Assembly: GCA_963845565.1 (NCBI GenBank)
Contig: CAWJSJ010000005.1
Span: 952,818-1,016,817 of the forward strand
DNA: 64,000 nucleotides
Reading direction: 5' to 3'
Source of the DNA: an uncultured Methylomirabilota bacterium
GTDB taxonomy: Bacteria; Methylomirabilota; Methylomirabilia; Methylomirabilales; 2-02-FULL-66-22
Shown: positions 9,930 to 19,890 of the stretch, in pieces
Position numbering within the stretch: the stretch's first letter is position 1
Layout: each line of letters begins with the position of its first letter
The notes under the pieces: generated by a model
What the model saw: the letters and a program-made list of their open reading frames with translations, nothing else
What the model was told of the DNA's origin: nothing
The model's database searches: none
Translations under genes and position numbers: made by a program

Positions 9930-11432
9930 ATGGACACCTACGTATTGGCCCTGGATCAGGGCACGACCAGCTCCCGCGCGATCCTGTTCGACCGACAGGC
10001 CCGGGTGAAGGCGGTGGCCCAGCGGGAGTTCCGGCAGATCTACCCGCAGCCGGGTTGGGTGGAACACGACCCGCTGGAGATCTGGGAGAGCCAGCTCGCC
10101 GTGGCGCGGGAGGCCATCGCCTCGGCCGGGGTGACGGCGGCGCAGATCGCGGCCATCGGGATCACCAACCAGCGCGAGACGACCGTCGTCTGGGATCGGC
10201 GCACCGGCACGCCTGTGCATAACGCCATCGTGTGGCAGTGCCGACGGTCGGCCGCGATCTGCGACGCGCTGAAGGCCGGCGGCTGGGAATCGGCGGTGCG
10301 GCAGCGCACGGGTCTCGTGATCGACGCGTACTTCTCGGGCACCAAGATCCAGTGGCTCCTGGAGCACGTGCCGGGCCTCCGCGCCCGGGCGGACGCCGGC
10401 GAGGTCTGCTTCGGCACGGTGGATACATGGCTCGGCTGGAAGCTCTCGGGGGGGCGGACCTGGGTGACGGACTACAGCAACGCCTCCCGGACGATGCTCT
10501 TCAACATCCACCAGCTCGCCTGGGATGCCAATCTGTGCGGCGCCCTGGGCGTGCCCGTGCGGATGCTGCCGGAGGTGCGACCGTCCAGCTTTCGGTACGG
10601 GCACACGACCCCGGATCTCTTCGGGGCCGAGATCCCCATCGCCGGTATCGCTGGGGACCAGCAGGCCTCCTTGTTCGGCCAGGCCTGCTTCGCGCCCGGA
10701 ATGGCGAAGAACACCTACGGGACCGGCTGCTTCCTCTTGATCCACACGGGGGATCGGCCGGTGGCATCGCAGGCGGGCCTGCTCACGACGATCGCGGCCA
10801 GCCCCGTCGAGGGACGGGCCGAGTATGCCCTGGAGGGCAGTATCTTCATCGCGGGCGCGGCCATCCAGTGGTTGCGGGACGGGCTCCGGGTCATCGCCGA
10901 CTCGGCGGAATCGGAAGCCCTGGCCGCCTCCGTGCCGGACACCGACGGCGTGTACTTCGTGCCGGCGTTCGTGGGCCTGGGTGCGCCGCACTGGGACATG
11001 TACGCGCGCGGCACCATCCTGGGCCTGACGCGCGGGACGACCCGCGCCCACCTGGTCCGCGCCGCGCTGGAGGCGATCGCGTATCAGAGCCGCGAGGTGC
11101 TGGGGGCGGCGCTCTCCGACGCCGGCTTGACGCTGGCGGAGTTGCGGGTGGACGGCGGGGCCACGGCCAACAACCTGCTGATGCAGTTCCAGGCCGACAT
11201 CCTGGCGACGCCGGTGGTCCGGCCGGTCGTCCGGGAGACGACGGCCCTGGGCGCGGCCTACCTCGCCGGCCTGGCCGTCGGCTACTGGGCAAGCCGCGAG
11301 GAGATCGCGCAGAACTGGGCCGCCGACCGGCGGTTCCTGCCCCGGATGGAGCCGACGCGGCGGGAAGAGTTGTTCGCCGGCTGGCGCCGCGCCGTGGCCC
11401 GGGCGGCGGGGTGGGCCCAGCCGACGGGCTGA
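9930..11432 (+). CDS. glpK: Glycerol kinase
   Basis: [45 protein letters not shown] motifs. Confidence 0.97.
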   Translation: MDTYVLALDQGTTSSRAILFDRQARVKAVAQREFRQIYPQPGWVEHDPLEIWESQLAVAREAIASAGVTAAQIAAIGITNQRETTVVWDRRTGTPVHNAIVWQCRRSAAICDALKAGGWESAVRQRTGLVIDAYFSGTKIQWLLEHVPGLRARADAGEVCFGTVDTWLGWKLSGGRTWVTDYSNASRTMLFNIHQLAWDANLCGALGVPVRMLPEVRPSSFRYGHTTPDLFGAEIPIAGIAGDQQASLFGQACFAPGMAKNTYGTGCFLLIHTGDRPVASQAGLLTTIAASPVEGRAEYALEGSIFIAGAAIQWLRDGLRVIADSAESEALAASVPDTDGVYFVPAFVGLGAPHWDMYARGTILGLTRGTTRAHLVRAALEAIAYQSREVLGAALSDAGLTLAELRVDGGATANNLLMQFQADILATPVVRPVVRETTALGAAYLAGLAVGYWASREEIAQNWAADRRFLPRMEPTRREELFAGWRRAVARAAGWAQPTG

Positions 11433-12049
11433 TATGCCCGGAGGTGCGAGAAGCAACGCCGAGGCGGCGCACGGGATCAGGGCACACGGATGCGTCGTGC
11501 GACGCGGAAACGAATTGGCCCCGTGCGATCAGTGGTGTCGCACGGGGCCGGTATTTTTGGAGGACGCCTTCCGGCGTCTGGCATGCGCACGGTGTGACCC
11601 CGGATGTCACAGTGGTCGGATAGGCTGGAGCACGCGGGGACCAGGGTTGTCCTCGAAACCTGCTTGGCGCCAACAGTGGCTTGACGGCCATGACGGCTGG
11701 CGGTAGCGTGGCCCGACAATCAGCAGCGGTCAGCCACGCCGGGAGGGGGGAAACGGGGGCGGCCGGTGTGCCTTCTGGTGTCGGACCATCACGGCCCTGC
11801 GCGACACGTGCGTCGCCCAGGGCCGTTTTGCGTTGTGGCGAACGCGCGTCGGGCGGTTTCCAGTGAGTTTGCGGTTTTGATATCGCAATATGCGACATCA
11901 AACGAACAGGCCGGCCGGCGGAAGCTCTTGAATGCTTTCACGGAGCCCGGTGCGATCGTGACCGCCGACGTCCGCAACAGCGACTGGGCCATCGAGGTCG
12001 GCGCGTATCCAGAGGCACCAGAGGGGCGCCTGGTAGAGTGGAGATTTCG

Positions 12050-12352
12050 ATGTCTGAGCGGAGTCTGATTCCGGTGGAGCGGATCGAAGGGGCAATCCTC
12101 ATGCTTAGAGGCCATAAGGTCCTCCTTGACACCGATCTTGCGGCCATGTACGGGGTTGAAACCAAAGCCCTGGTACGTGCGGTCAAGCGCAACCAAGAGC
12201 GCTTTCCGAGCGACTTCATGTTTCAGCTATTGCCCGACGAGTTTGAGGGTTTGAGGTACCATTTTGGCACCTCGAAGTCCCGGGGCGGCCGGCGGTACCT
12301 TCCCTACGCCTTCACCGAACAAGGCGTTGGGATGCTCTCCAGTGTCCTCTAG
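12050..12352 (+). CDS. ORF6N domain protein (short; lacks the C-terminal helix of its neighbour)
   Basis: [22 protein letters not shown]...[16 protein letters not shown]...[17 protein letters not shown] then TAG. Confidence 0.85.
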   Translation: MSERSLIPVERIEGAILMLRGHKVLLDTDLAAMYGVETKALVRAVKRNQERFPSDFMFQLLPDEFEGLRYHFGTSKSRGGRRYLPYAFTEQGVGMLSSVL

Positions 12353-12365
12353 AGCGGGAGGGAAG

Positions 12366-12983
12366 GTGTCCACACGTGAGCAAGGTCTACCATCTGCCGC
12401 GGTGCGCGTCGAAGACATGATCGTGGCCGTTCGAGGTGAACGGGTAATCTTGGACCACGATTTGGCACGGCTCTATGATGTCACGACCAAAGCGTTGAAC
12501 CAGGCAGTGAAGCGGAACCCCGGACGCTTTCCTTCCGAGTTTATGTTTCGGCTCACTTTTCAAGAGGTTGCGGACTTGAAATCAGAATCTGTGACGTCAA
12601 GAACCAGGACGAACCGGTCACAAGTTGTGACCGGTTCCAAGAAGCACCGAAATCCCCGGTTCCCTCCGTATGCGTTCACGGAACACGGCGCCCTCATGGC
12701 CGCGAACGTTCTGCGCAGCCCCCAAGCGGTGGACGTGAGCGTGTTTGTGGTTCGTGCGTTTGTCCGGCTTCGCCGGTCCCTGACCCACCACGCCGATCTT
12801 GCCTACCGCCTTGACAATCTCGAGAAGAAATACGACGCCCAGTTCAAGGTCGTCTTCGACGCCATCCGCCAACTCATGGCCCCGCCGCCGAAACCAAGGC
12901 GCTCCATTGGGTTCAAGGTCGAGGAGGGCCGGCCCGTATACCGGCGACGTCGTCGGCATCGGAGTAACGGCGTAACGGAGTGA
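12366..12983 (+). CDS. ORF6N domain protein
   Basis: RGERVILDHDLARLY...LNQAVKRNPGRFPSEFMFRLT...PYAFTEHGALMAANVL...VRAFVRLR...RRSIGF. Confidence 0.88.
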   Translation: MSTREQGLPSAAVRVEDMIVAVRGERVILDHDLARLYDVTTKALNQAVKRNPGRFPSEFMFRLTFQEVADLKSESVTSRTRTNRSQVVTGSKKHRNPRFPPYAFTEHGALMAANVLRSPQAVDVSVFVVRAFVRLRRSLTHHADLAYRLDNLEKKYDAQFKVVFDAIRQLMAPPPKPRRSIGFKVEEGRPVYRRRRRHRSNGVTE

Positions 12984-13210
12984 CCCGCGCCACTGTCCCT
13001 GTCGAATATCCCTGTCGCCCGCCGGCTTTCGCGTCGAGCAAGGCGGACGGATGTATCCGCGTAGCCCTCGGCAGCGGAAGAGCACGATAAAGATTTGACC
13101 TCCACCGCTGTCGCTGCCGGCCATCCCTGTCGCCCCGTCGGTACCGCACGCGGCGGCCGAGCGGCCGGCGGGGGCAGTGAGTGCGGACGCGGCACACTCG
13201 GCCGCAGAGC

Positions 13211-13303
13211 GTCGCCCCCCGCGCGGGGGCGCGGATTGAAACTGAATCATCAGGTCATGGCAGATCGTGCAGAACGGTCGCCCCCCGCGGGGCGTGAGGA
13301 TTT
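13211..13303 (+). CRISPR. Orphan type I-C-like mini-array 1 (repeat, 34-nt spacer, degenerate repeat)
   Basis: GTCGCCCCCCGCGCGGGGGCGCGGATTGAAAC (13211-13242, 32 nt), spacer 13243-13276, then GTCGCCCCCCGCGGGGCGTGAGGATTT. Confidence 0.8.
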
Positions 13304-13508
13304 GGCCCTGGTCCGACTCGCGGCAGATGCCGGCGACGGAGGCAATCGGGAGAGTGCGGCCGGATCTATAAGCCGAGCGTGGAGAAAAGCCGGGTGGCGG
13401 CTTCAGGGAGCGGGTAGGTCTCGACGTCCTTGAGAGCGGCAGTGATCTGCTGGTGAAAGTCGGTCAGGCGTCTGTCTTACCGATTAAATTACCTATTACC
13501 ATTACTTA

Positions 13509-14551
13509 TTACCCAATACGCCGCCATTTGGCCTGCTTTCCGCGACCAAGGCACTCGACGGACTTCTCCGAGGCCATGTCCTTCAATACCTTCCGAATCA
13601 TGTCCAGGCTGACCTCCGGGCACCTCTTGTGCAGTTCGTTTACATGAAACGCCCCGACGAAACCCGCTACGGCTTGCCGGACGGCCTCGGTCTTTTCTCC
13701 GAGTGGCGGGGGGTGTTTTCATAGCGTGCTTCGAATTCCTGGTACACCTGTTTCAACGTGTAGAGAAGGTAGTTCACATACGGCCAGGGATCGTGCCTTC
13801 CGTCATGCCACCCCTGTGAACTCGCCTGAAGAGTCTCGTAGTAGCGATCCTTGCTCTGCTCAATGAGGCGTTCCAGGCTGATGTAGCGACCGGCGGTGAA
13901 ACCGAGATGGTAAAGCGACTGCAGGAGCAGCAAACGCGACACACGGCCATTGCCGTCACGGAACGGGTGAATGCACAAGAAATCGAGGTTCTGGGCGGCC
14001 CAGATGACGAGCGGAGGGACCTGTTTGTCTTGAATGGTTTGGTCCGAGAGTCTGCAAAGCTGCTCCATGGCAGCGGGGGTCTCCTTGGCGGAAAGGGGGC
14101 GGAAGCGGACTGTGACGCGGCCATCCTGGTGTTTTTCGATTATCTCGCCGTCCGCTATTTTGAAGCACCCACGGTCCCAGATCTGCGGGCGGATCAGAGC
14201 ATGGAGTCGCAGGATAGTCTCCGGCGACACCGAGAGCGTGGCGTGCTGTTCATGGATCAGAGACAGCGCTGTTTGGTACCCGCGTACCTCCTGTTCGTTG
14301 CGGTCCTGTAAATGGCTCTTGCCGAAGATCACGGTGCCGACCCGTCGTTGATCGATCTCTACTCCCTCGATCCGATTAGAGGCGACCGCACTTTCGATCA
14401 GGGCGTGTTCGCGCAGCACCTTCAGTCTTTGAGGCGATTGTCTTGTAAACAGTTCCTGCTTGCCGCGGTATTCGGCGAGATCGTTCAACAGCCAGACAGT
14501 GGCCGTAGGGATCTGGGGCAGTTGACGGAAGAACTGTTCCAGTGTTCTCAT
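13509..14551 (-). CDS. Fic domain protein with C-terminal winged-helix-like segment (apparent -1 frameshift at G6 run 13708-13713)
   Basis: Canonical HPFRDGNGRVSR motif, N-terminal ASNRIEG; adding one base to the run extends the frame through GEKTEAVRQAV...CPEVSLDMIRKVL...GRGKQAKWRRIG* to stop at 13509. Confidence 0.88.
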
Positions 14552-14872
14552 GTTCGTTCTTAATTCTCGATTGTTGATTTTCAGGGGCACGGTACGATGG
14601 CGCCCTGTTTCTGGACCGCAAGCCCGCCAGGGGTGGGCCCACCGGACCGACCACGGGGTGCCGGGCTCGCGGCTTGCGTCCTCGTGGGTCAGGGGGAAGT
14701 ATCTGGCGGACCAGAGACGAACGTCAAGGGGAAAGACGGACCCTCGAAAGCCGGGTCATGAGGGGACGTGATCCCGGACAGCGTACAGACGCTGCGGACG
14801 GCCCGCTCGGCGCGCTACGCCCGTTCCGCGGACCGAGCCGACTTCGTCTCCTTCGATCCATCAAACTTTGCG

Positions 14873-14951
14873 AGCCTCCCCCGCACGTGGGCGTGGATTG
14901 AAACTCACCCCTGACGCCTCCCGCCTCACGATGCTGTTATCGCCCCCCGCA
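14873..14951 (+). CRISPR. Orphan type I-C-like mini-array 2 (5'-degenerate repeat, 34-nt spacer, partial repeat)
   Basis: AGCCTCCCCCGCACGTGGGCGTGGATTGAAAC (14873-14904), spacer 14905-14938, then ATCGCCCCCCGCA. Confidence 0.68.
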
Positions 14952-15043
14952 TCGCTGCAACTTGATCTGGATCAAGGCGGGCGGCGGGGCAGTGGGGCAT
15001 GATGGGGTCAGGTTTTCGGCCGATCTGCTGGAGGGCACACATC

Positions 15044-15655
15044 ATGGACGCACACGCGCCGGGTCCGGTTCCGACTTCCTCGAGCGACGACTCGCCCATC
15101 GCGATTCTCGCGGAGGAGCACGCGCTGATCCTCCGGGCCGTGGAACTCTTGGAGCGCGGCCTGGCCCGGCTGGAAGCGGGAACGTCCATGGGCGGGCCGT
15201 TCTTCGCGGCGTTGGTGGAGTTCTTCCAGGTCTTCGCGGATCGGTACCATCACGGCAAGGAGGAGGGTATTTTGTTCCCGTTCATGGTGGCGGAGATGGA
15301 CTACCCCCAGAAGAGCGGCCCGGTCGGGGTGCTGTCCTCGGACCACACGGCTGGCCGGGCCCATGTCCGGGCCATGGCCGATGCGGCGGCCCGGCTGGAG
15401 GCGGAGCCTGCGGTAGCGTCGGAACTCCTGGAGCACGGCCAGGCGTATGCGGTGCTCCTTCGTGCGCACATTGACCGCGAGGATCACAAGGTGTTCCCGA
15501 CGGTCGAAGACTTCCTCGGGTCGGACGAGCGCGCCGGTCTCTGCGCGGCGTTCGCTCGATTCGAGTCGGCGGAAGGGGGACAGCGCACCGCGGCGCACTA
15601 CGCGGACGTGGTCGGGGTGCTGGAACGTGACATGGGATGGCCGGATCGCTCGTGA
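15044..15655 (+). CDS. Hemerythrin-like (HHE cation-binding) protein
   Basis: EEHALI...HHGKEEGILFP...DH...HIDREDHKVFP. Confidence 0.88.
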   Translation: MDAHAPGPVPTSSSDDSPIAILAEEHALILRAVELLERGLARLEAGTSMGGPFFAALVEFFQVFADRYHHGKEEGILFPFMVAEMDYPQKSGPVGVLSSDHTAGRAHVRAMADAAARLEAEPAVASELLEHGQAYAVLLRAHIDREDHKVFPTVEDFLGSDERAGLCAAFARFESAEGGQRTAAHYADVVGVLERDMGWPDRS

Positions 15656-15733
15656 GGCTGCGGGCGACCGCGCGGCGACGGCCAGGACCGCAACCACATT
15701 TGGAGACGGGTGAGAGCAGAAAGGGATAGCGTC

Positions 15734-16327
15734 ATGTCGAATCACGAGCATGGACATCACCATGGCGAGGAGGGGGCGACCCCCACGCAGATCCTGATGG
15801 CGGAGCACGAACTGATCCTCCAGGCGCTCGAGGCGCTGGGGAAGCGGCTGGATCGGATGGGTGACGACCCGACGCCGGCGGATCGGGTCTACTTCGAGAA
15901 GGCCGTCGAATTCCTGCGAGGGTTCGCCGACAAGTGCCACCACGGGAAGGAAGAGGATCTCCTGTTCAAGCGGTTGGGCGAGCAGGGCTTCCCCACCCAG
16001 GGTGGGCCGATCGCGGTGATGTTGTCGGAGCACCAGGCCGGCCGGGCCTTCATCCGCGGGATCGCGGAGGGGGCGGCCAAGATCGGGTCGGACCCCCGGG
16101 CCGCGGAGACGATCCGGCACAACGGCTGGGGGTACATCGAGTTGCTCCGCAATCACATCGCCAAGGAGAACCAGGTCCTATTCCCGATGGCGGATCGGGC
16201 TTTGTCGGCCGAGGATCAGCACGATCTCGCGCACGCCTTTGAGCGGTTCGAAGCGCAGGAGACGGGGGCCGGCGTCCACGAGCGGATGGTCGGGCTGCTC
16301 CAGGAGCTGCGCGCTGGCGCCGGGTAG
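15734..16327 (+). CDS. Hemerythrin-like protein with His-rich N-terminus
   Basis: HEHGHHH; AEHELI...CHHGKEEDLLF...GPIAVMLSEH...HIAKENQVLFP. Confidence 0.9.
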   Translation: MSNHEHGHHHGEEGATPTQILMAEHELILQALEALGKRLDRMGDDPTPADRVYFEKAVEFLRGFADKCHHGKEEDLLFKRLGEQGFPTQGGPIAVMLSEHQAGRAFIRGIAEGAAKIGSDPRAAETIRHNGWGYIELLRNHIAKENQVLFPMADRALSAEDQHDLAHAFERFEAQETGAGVHERMVGLLQELRAGAG

Positions 16328-16403
16328 CCCAACGCGAACTGTTTGAACCGCCAAGGCGCCAAGGACGCCAAGACGATTAGGGTTGAGAGCGGATTCAGGA
16401 TGG

Positions 16404-16556
16404 CAAGCTGCTGAAGAAACTCACTCTCGTGCAGGCTGTTCAAAAAGGTCCAGATGCAAGGCGGTGTGCGGATGCCCGAGTGAGGCGTACTGGAGGTACG
16501 CCGCAGCGAGTGGCGAGGCGCGCCAACGCCGCAGATGGGCGTTTTTCAACGGCCTG
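16404..16556 (+). mobile_element. Family A palindromic element copy 2
   Basis: CAGGCTGTTCAAAAAGGTCCAGATGCAAGGCG...GGCGTACTGGAGGTACGCC...GCAGATGGGCGTTTTTCAACGGCCTG. Confidence 0.85.
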
Positions 16557-16568
16557 CGAGGAGGGGCC

Positions 16569-17051
16569 ATGGAGACGATGCTGATCCAAGAATTTCGGGC
16601 CGACCACCAGCGGATCCGCGGGGCCCTGTTGCGACTCCACCGGGCCATCGAGGATGGCGACGTTCCCCTCGTGCGGACGATCCTGGGAGGCGCCGATACC
16701 TTGCTGGGAGCGCACTTCAAGTTCGAGGAGCTGCACTTGTACCCGGCCCTCTCCGGATTTCTCGGCGACGACGGCGTCCGGCAGATGTTTCACGAGCACG
16801 ACAGCATCTTCCAGGGCGTCGGCGACCTCATCGGGCTGGCCCAGCAAGCCACCTGGGCCGATCCGGAACGGGATGCGGCGCTGGAACATCTCGGGCTCGT
16901 TGGCGACCACCCCGAGAACTGCGACGACCTCTGCCGCTACATCGAGCGCCTCCCGACCGCCCAGCAGGAATCGCTGCTGGCGGAGATGCACGCGATCCGG
17001 CGGGAACGTCCCGCGTTCACCGCCTACGCGACCGAACGACGAATCGCCTAA
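16569..17051 (+). CDS. Divergent hemerythrin-like protein
   Basis: RBS GGAGG; DHQRIR...HFKFEELHLYP...HEHD...DH. Confidence 0.72.
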   Translation: METMLIQEFRADHQRIRGALLRLHRAIEDGDVPLVRTILGGADTLLGAHFKFEELHLYPALSGFLGDDGVRQMFHEHDSIFQGVGDLIGLAQQATWADPERDAALEHLGLVGDHPENCDDLCRYIERLPTAQQESLLAEMHAIRRERPAFTAYATERRIA

Positions 17052-17203
17052 CAGGCCGCTGAAAACGGCCCATCTGCGGCGTTGGGCTGCTTAGGCACTC
17101 GTTGCGGCGTACGCGCAGTACGCCTCACTCGGCCTTGCGCATCCCGCCTGGCATCTGGACCGTTTTGAGCGGCCTGGGGAGAAGCGAGTTTTTCCGCATC
17201 CTG
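17052..17203 (-). mobile_element. Family A palindromic element copy 3
   Basis: Reverse-oriented copy starting right after the TAA stop: CAGGCCGCTGAAAA...CCATCTGCGGCGTTGG...TTTTGAGCGGCCTG...TTTTTCCGCATCCTG. Confidence 0.85.
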
Positions 17204-17316
17204 CTGGTCATTCGGTCCGCATCCTCCGATCCGCATCCTTACGGCACCACCGCCACGAAGATTTGATGGTTCCGCTCGGCGTCCGTGCGGTATTGACGCG
17301 ACACGAGACGCGGGGC

Positions 17317-17345
17317 TTGACACTCCCTGGGGTTCCACATAGACT
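17317..17345 (+). promoter_or_regulatory. sigma70-type promoter of ABC transporter operon
   Basis: TTGACA-17nt-TAGACT. Confidence 0.7.
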
Positions 17346-17372
17346 GCCATCGAACTGATCGCCGTTCCCCCG

Positions 17373-17452
17373 TCCTCGTCGCGGAGGGCAGAGACCAGGA
17401 GAAAGCCCCAGCGGTCGGCGGGTCGTCGTCCTGCGCTGGGGTTTGGTGTTTC
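17373..17452 (+). promoter_or_regulatory. Putative GlpP-type attenuator leader
   Basis: TCCTCG...GGGCAGAGACCAGGAGAAAG, stem CCCCAGCG/CGCTGGGG, TTTGGTGTTTC; mirrors the glpP leader. Confidence 0.55.
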
Positions 17453-17488
17453 TGAATGGGCAGATCGCAACAGACAAGGAGGGAACCA

Positions 17489-18613
17489 ATGAAGAATCTC
17501 TGGAGGCTCCTCGGAGTGGCGGTTGTCGCGGTTCTGCTGCTGGGGGCGCCGGCGGCGGCCCAGCAGATCGAAAATGAATTCTATCTCATCACCCCGGTCT
17601 CCAAGGATGTCCATGATCCGGCCCTGAAGGCCTTCGCGGCGTATGTGAAGAAGAAGTATGACGTGAATCTCAAGACCAGCGCCATGCCGCAGGGTACACC
17701 GGTCGCGTATGGCCAGATCGTCGAGTGGAAGGGGAAGCCTCAGGCGGACGTTTTCTGGGGCGGAGAGGGGACGCTGTTCGACCTGCTGGCCGACCAGGGC
17801 CTCCTGGACAAGGTGACCATCCCCAAGGCGATGTGGGATGAGATCCCGGCCACGATCGGCAAACCCGTCGGGCTTCCCCTGAAAGACCCCAAAGGGTTCT
17901 GGGTGGGGACGACGCTGGAACCGTACGGCCTCATCTACCAGCCGACGCTGCTCAAGCGCATGGGCGTGGAGATCAAGGACTGGGACGATTTGCTCAATCC
18001 CAAACTGAAGGGTCATATTGCCCAGTGCACGCCGGACCGGTCGAGCTCGAGCCATGCGAGCTACGAAGTCATCCTGGCCATGCACGGCTGGGAAAAGGGA
18101 TGGGATTGGCTGACCAAGCTGGCGGCCAACACGGGAATCTTCACGGCCCGTTCCCGTGACGTGCCGAGCGTGGTGGCCAAAGGCGAGTTTGCCGTCGGTG
18201 TGGCAGTCCCCAGTTATATGGCCTTCGCCGAAGTTCTCGGCGGTTATGACGTGATGTTCGTTTACCCCAAGAACGCCTACGTGACCCCCGAACCGATGGC
18301 GGTGCTCAAGGGCGCCCCCCACCCCAAGGCTGCCCACGCCTTCATCGAGTTCCTGCTGACCGAGGAAGGTCAGCGAGTCTTCATGGAGCGCGGCCTCTAC
18401 CCCATCACCTCCAAGTACAAGGTGCAGGGCGCCCCCGGCTCTGCCGCGGAGAAGGCGGTCCAGTTCACCGCCGGCATCCGCTCCTTCTATGACATCCAGG
18501 TCGGCAACGTCTACGACCCGAAGATCGCCGGCGAGAAGAAGCGGAACGAGGACGTGAACGCCTACTTCCGGAAGGAGATCGCCGAGAAGCACAAGGAAAT
18601 CATCAAGAAGTAA
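17489..18613 (+). CDS. ABC transporter substrate-binding protein, Fe3+/AfuA/thiamine-like family
   Basis: Signal peptide; PQADVFWGG, WDDLLNPKLKG, VAKGEFAVG, KGAPHPKAAHAFIEFLLTEEGQ. Confidence 0.85.
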   Translation: MKNLWRLLGVAVVAVLLLGAPAAAQQIENEFYLITPVSKDVHDPALKAFAAYVKKKYDVNLKTSAMPQGTPVAYGQIVEWKGKPQADVFWGGEGTLFDLLADQGLLDKVTIPKAMWDEIPATIGKPVGLPLKDPKGFWVGTTLEPYGLIYQPTLLKRMGVEIKDWDDLLNPKLKGHIAQCTPDRSSSSHASYEVILAMHGWEKGWDWLTKLAANTGIFTARSRDVPSVVAKGEFAVGVAVPSYMAFAEVLGGYDVMFVYPKNAYVTPEPMAVLKGAPHPKAAHAFIEFLLTEEGQRVFMERGLYPITSKYKVQGAPGSAAEKAVQFTAGIRSFYDIQVGNVYDPKIAGEKKRNEDVNAYFRKEIAEKHKEIIKK

Positions 18614-18626
18614 TATCCGGTTGCCT

Positions 18627-18768
18627 CAGGTTGCTCAAAGAGGTCCAGATGCAAGGCGGTTAGCCGCAGGCGGGGTACCCAGGCCGCTGGGTCCAGACGT
18701 ACTGGAGGTACGTCGCAGCGAGTGCCGAGGCAAACCAACGCTGCAGATGGGCCTTTTTGAGCAGCCTG
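18627..18768 (+). mobile_element. Family A palindromic element copy 4
   Basis: CAGGTTGCTCAAAGAGGTCCAGATGCAAGGCG...GACGTACTGGAGGTACGTC...CCTTTTTGAGCAGCCTG, inside the operon. Confidence 0.85.
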
Positions 18769-18782
18769 ACATGGGTCGAGCG

Positions 18783-19862
18783 ATGAATATCCGATTGAAG
18801 GACATGGTGAAAAGGTTCGGAACCCTGGAGGCGGTGAGCCACGTGTCCCTGGATATACGGGACGGCGAACTTTTCACCCTGCTGGGGCCTTCCGGGTGCG
18901 GTAAGACGACGATCCTCCGGCTCATCGGCGGTTTTCACAAGCCCGATTCCGGGGAGATTTACTTCGGCGACCGAGAGGTTTCGGCCATCCCTCCCTATGA
19001 GCGGAACATCGGCATGGTCTTTCAGAACTATGCCCTCTGGCCACACATGACCATCTTCGACAATGTGGCCTACGGCCTCAAGATCAAGAAAACGGCCCAC
19101 GCGGAAATGGAGAAGAAGGTAAACCGCGCCCTCTCGCTGGTCAATCTGACGGGCCTCGAAAAGCGATATCCCGGTCAGCTCTCGGGCGGTCAGCAGCAGC
19201 GCGTGGCCTTGGCGCGCGCCCTGGTTCTCAATCCGGACGTGCTGCTGCTCGACGAGCCCCTCTCCAACCTGGATGCCAAGATCCGCCAGCAGGTGCGCGC
19301 CGAAATCCGGAAGCTCCAGAAGGATCTGGCCATCACCGCCATCTACGTGACCCATGATCAGGAAGAGGCCCTGACCCTCTCGGACCGCATCGCGGTCCTC
19401 GATCACGGGAAGCTTCAGCAGCTCGGATCTCCCCGGGATCTCTATCAAAGACCGGCAAACCCCTTTGTTGCCGATTTCATCGGCATCAACAATCTGATCG
19501 CCGGCGAGGTGAAGGAGATCCAGGAGGCGAAGGGCTGGATGGCCGTGCAGACCCGCTTCGGTCTGCTCAAATGCGTCTATGAGGGCCGCTTCAAGACCGG
19601 GGAGGCCTGCAAGGTCACCGTCCGTCCCGAGGTTGCTACCATCTGCAACACCGACGAAAAGAACGACGAGATGAACCTGATCGCCGGGAAGGTCAACTTT
19701 GCTTCCTATATCGGCAACACCATCCGCTACGACATCGCGCTGGATCCGGAGACCCTCTTCAAGGTGGACGTGCAGAATCCCTGGAACCAGAGACCTTTCC
19801 CCATTGACGAGAAGGTGAATGTGCGCTTTCCCATCCAGATCACCCTGGGGATTCCCGCCTGA
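18783..19862 (+). CDS. ABC transporter ATP-binding protein (PotA/AfuC-like, TOBE domain)
   Basis: GPSGCGKT, LSGGQQQR, LLLDEP, YVTHDQ. Confidence 0.95.
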   Translation: MNIRLKDMVKRFGTLEAVSHVSLDIRDGELFTLLGPSGCGKTTILRLIGGFHKPDSGEIYFGDREVSAIPPYERNIGMVFQNYALWPHMTIFDNVAYGLKIKKTAHAEMEKKVNRALSLVNLTGLEKRYPGQLSGGQQQRVALARALVLNPDVLLLDEPLSNLDAKIRQQVRAEIRKLQKDLAITAIYVTHDQEEALTLSDRIAVLDHGKLQQLGSPRDLYQRPANPFVADFIGINNLIAGEVKEIQEAKGWMAVQTRFGLLKCVYEGRFKTGEACKVTVRPEVATICNTDEKNDEMNLIAGKVNFASYIGNTIRYDIALDPETLFKVDVQNPWNQRPFPIDEKVNVRFPIQITLGIPA

Positions 19863-19890
19863 GACGACCTGAGAAGAGAGGGCCCTGAGT

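Noticed and set aside
11434..12049. Possible gene or RNA between glpK and ORF6N
   Set aside because: Only short ORFs without recognisable motifs or a clear RBS; may be a gene fragment but cannot be supported.
13488..13514. ATTAC short repeats at the fic 3' end
   Set aside because: Only four short units, overlapping the stop region; no function can be supported.
14600..14860. Possible degenerate repeat copy or CRISPR leader upstream of fic
   Set aside because: Only a short resemblance (ACGCTGCGGACGGCCC) to family A; GC-rich, unlike a typical leader.
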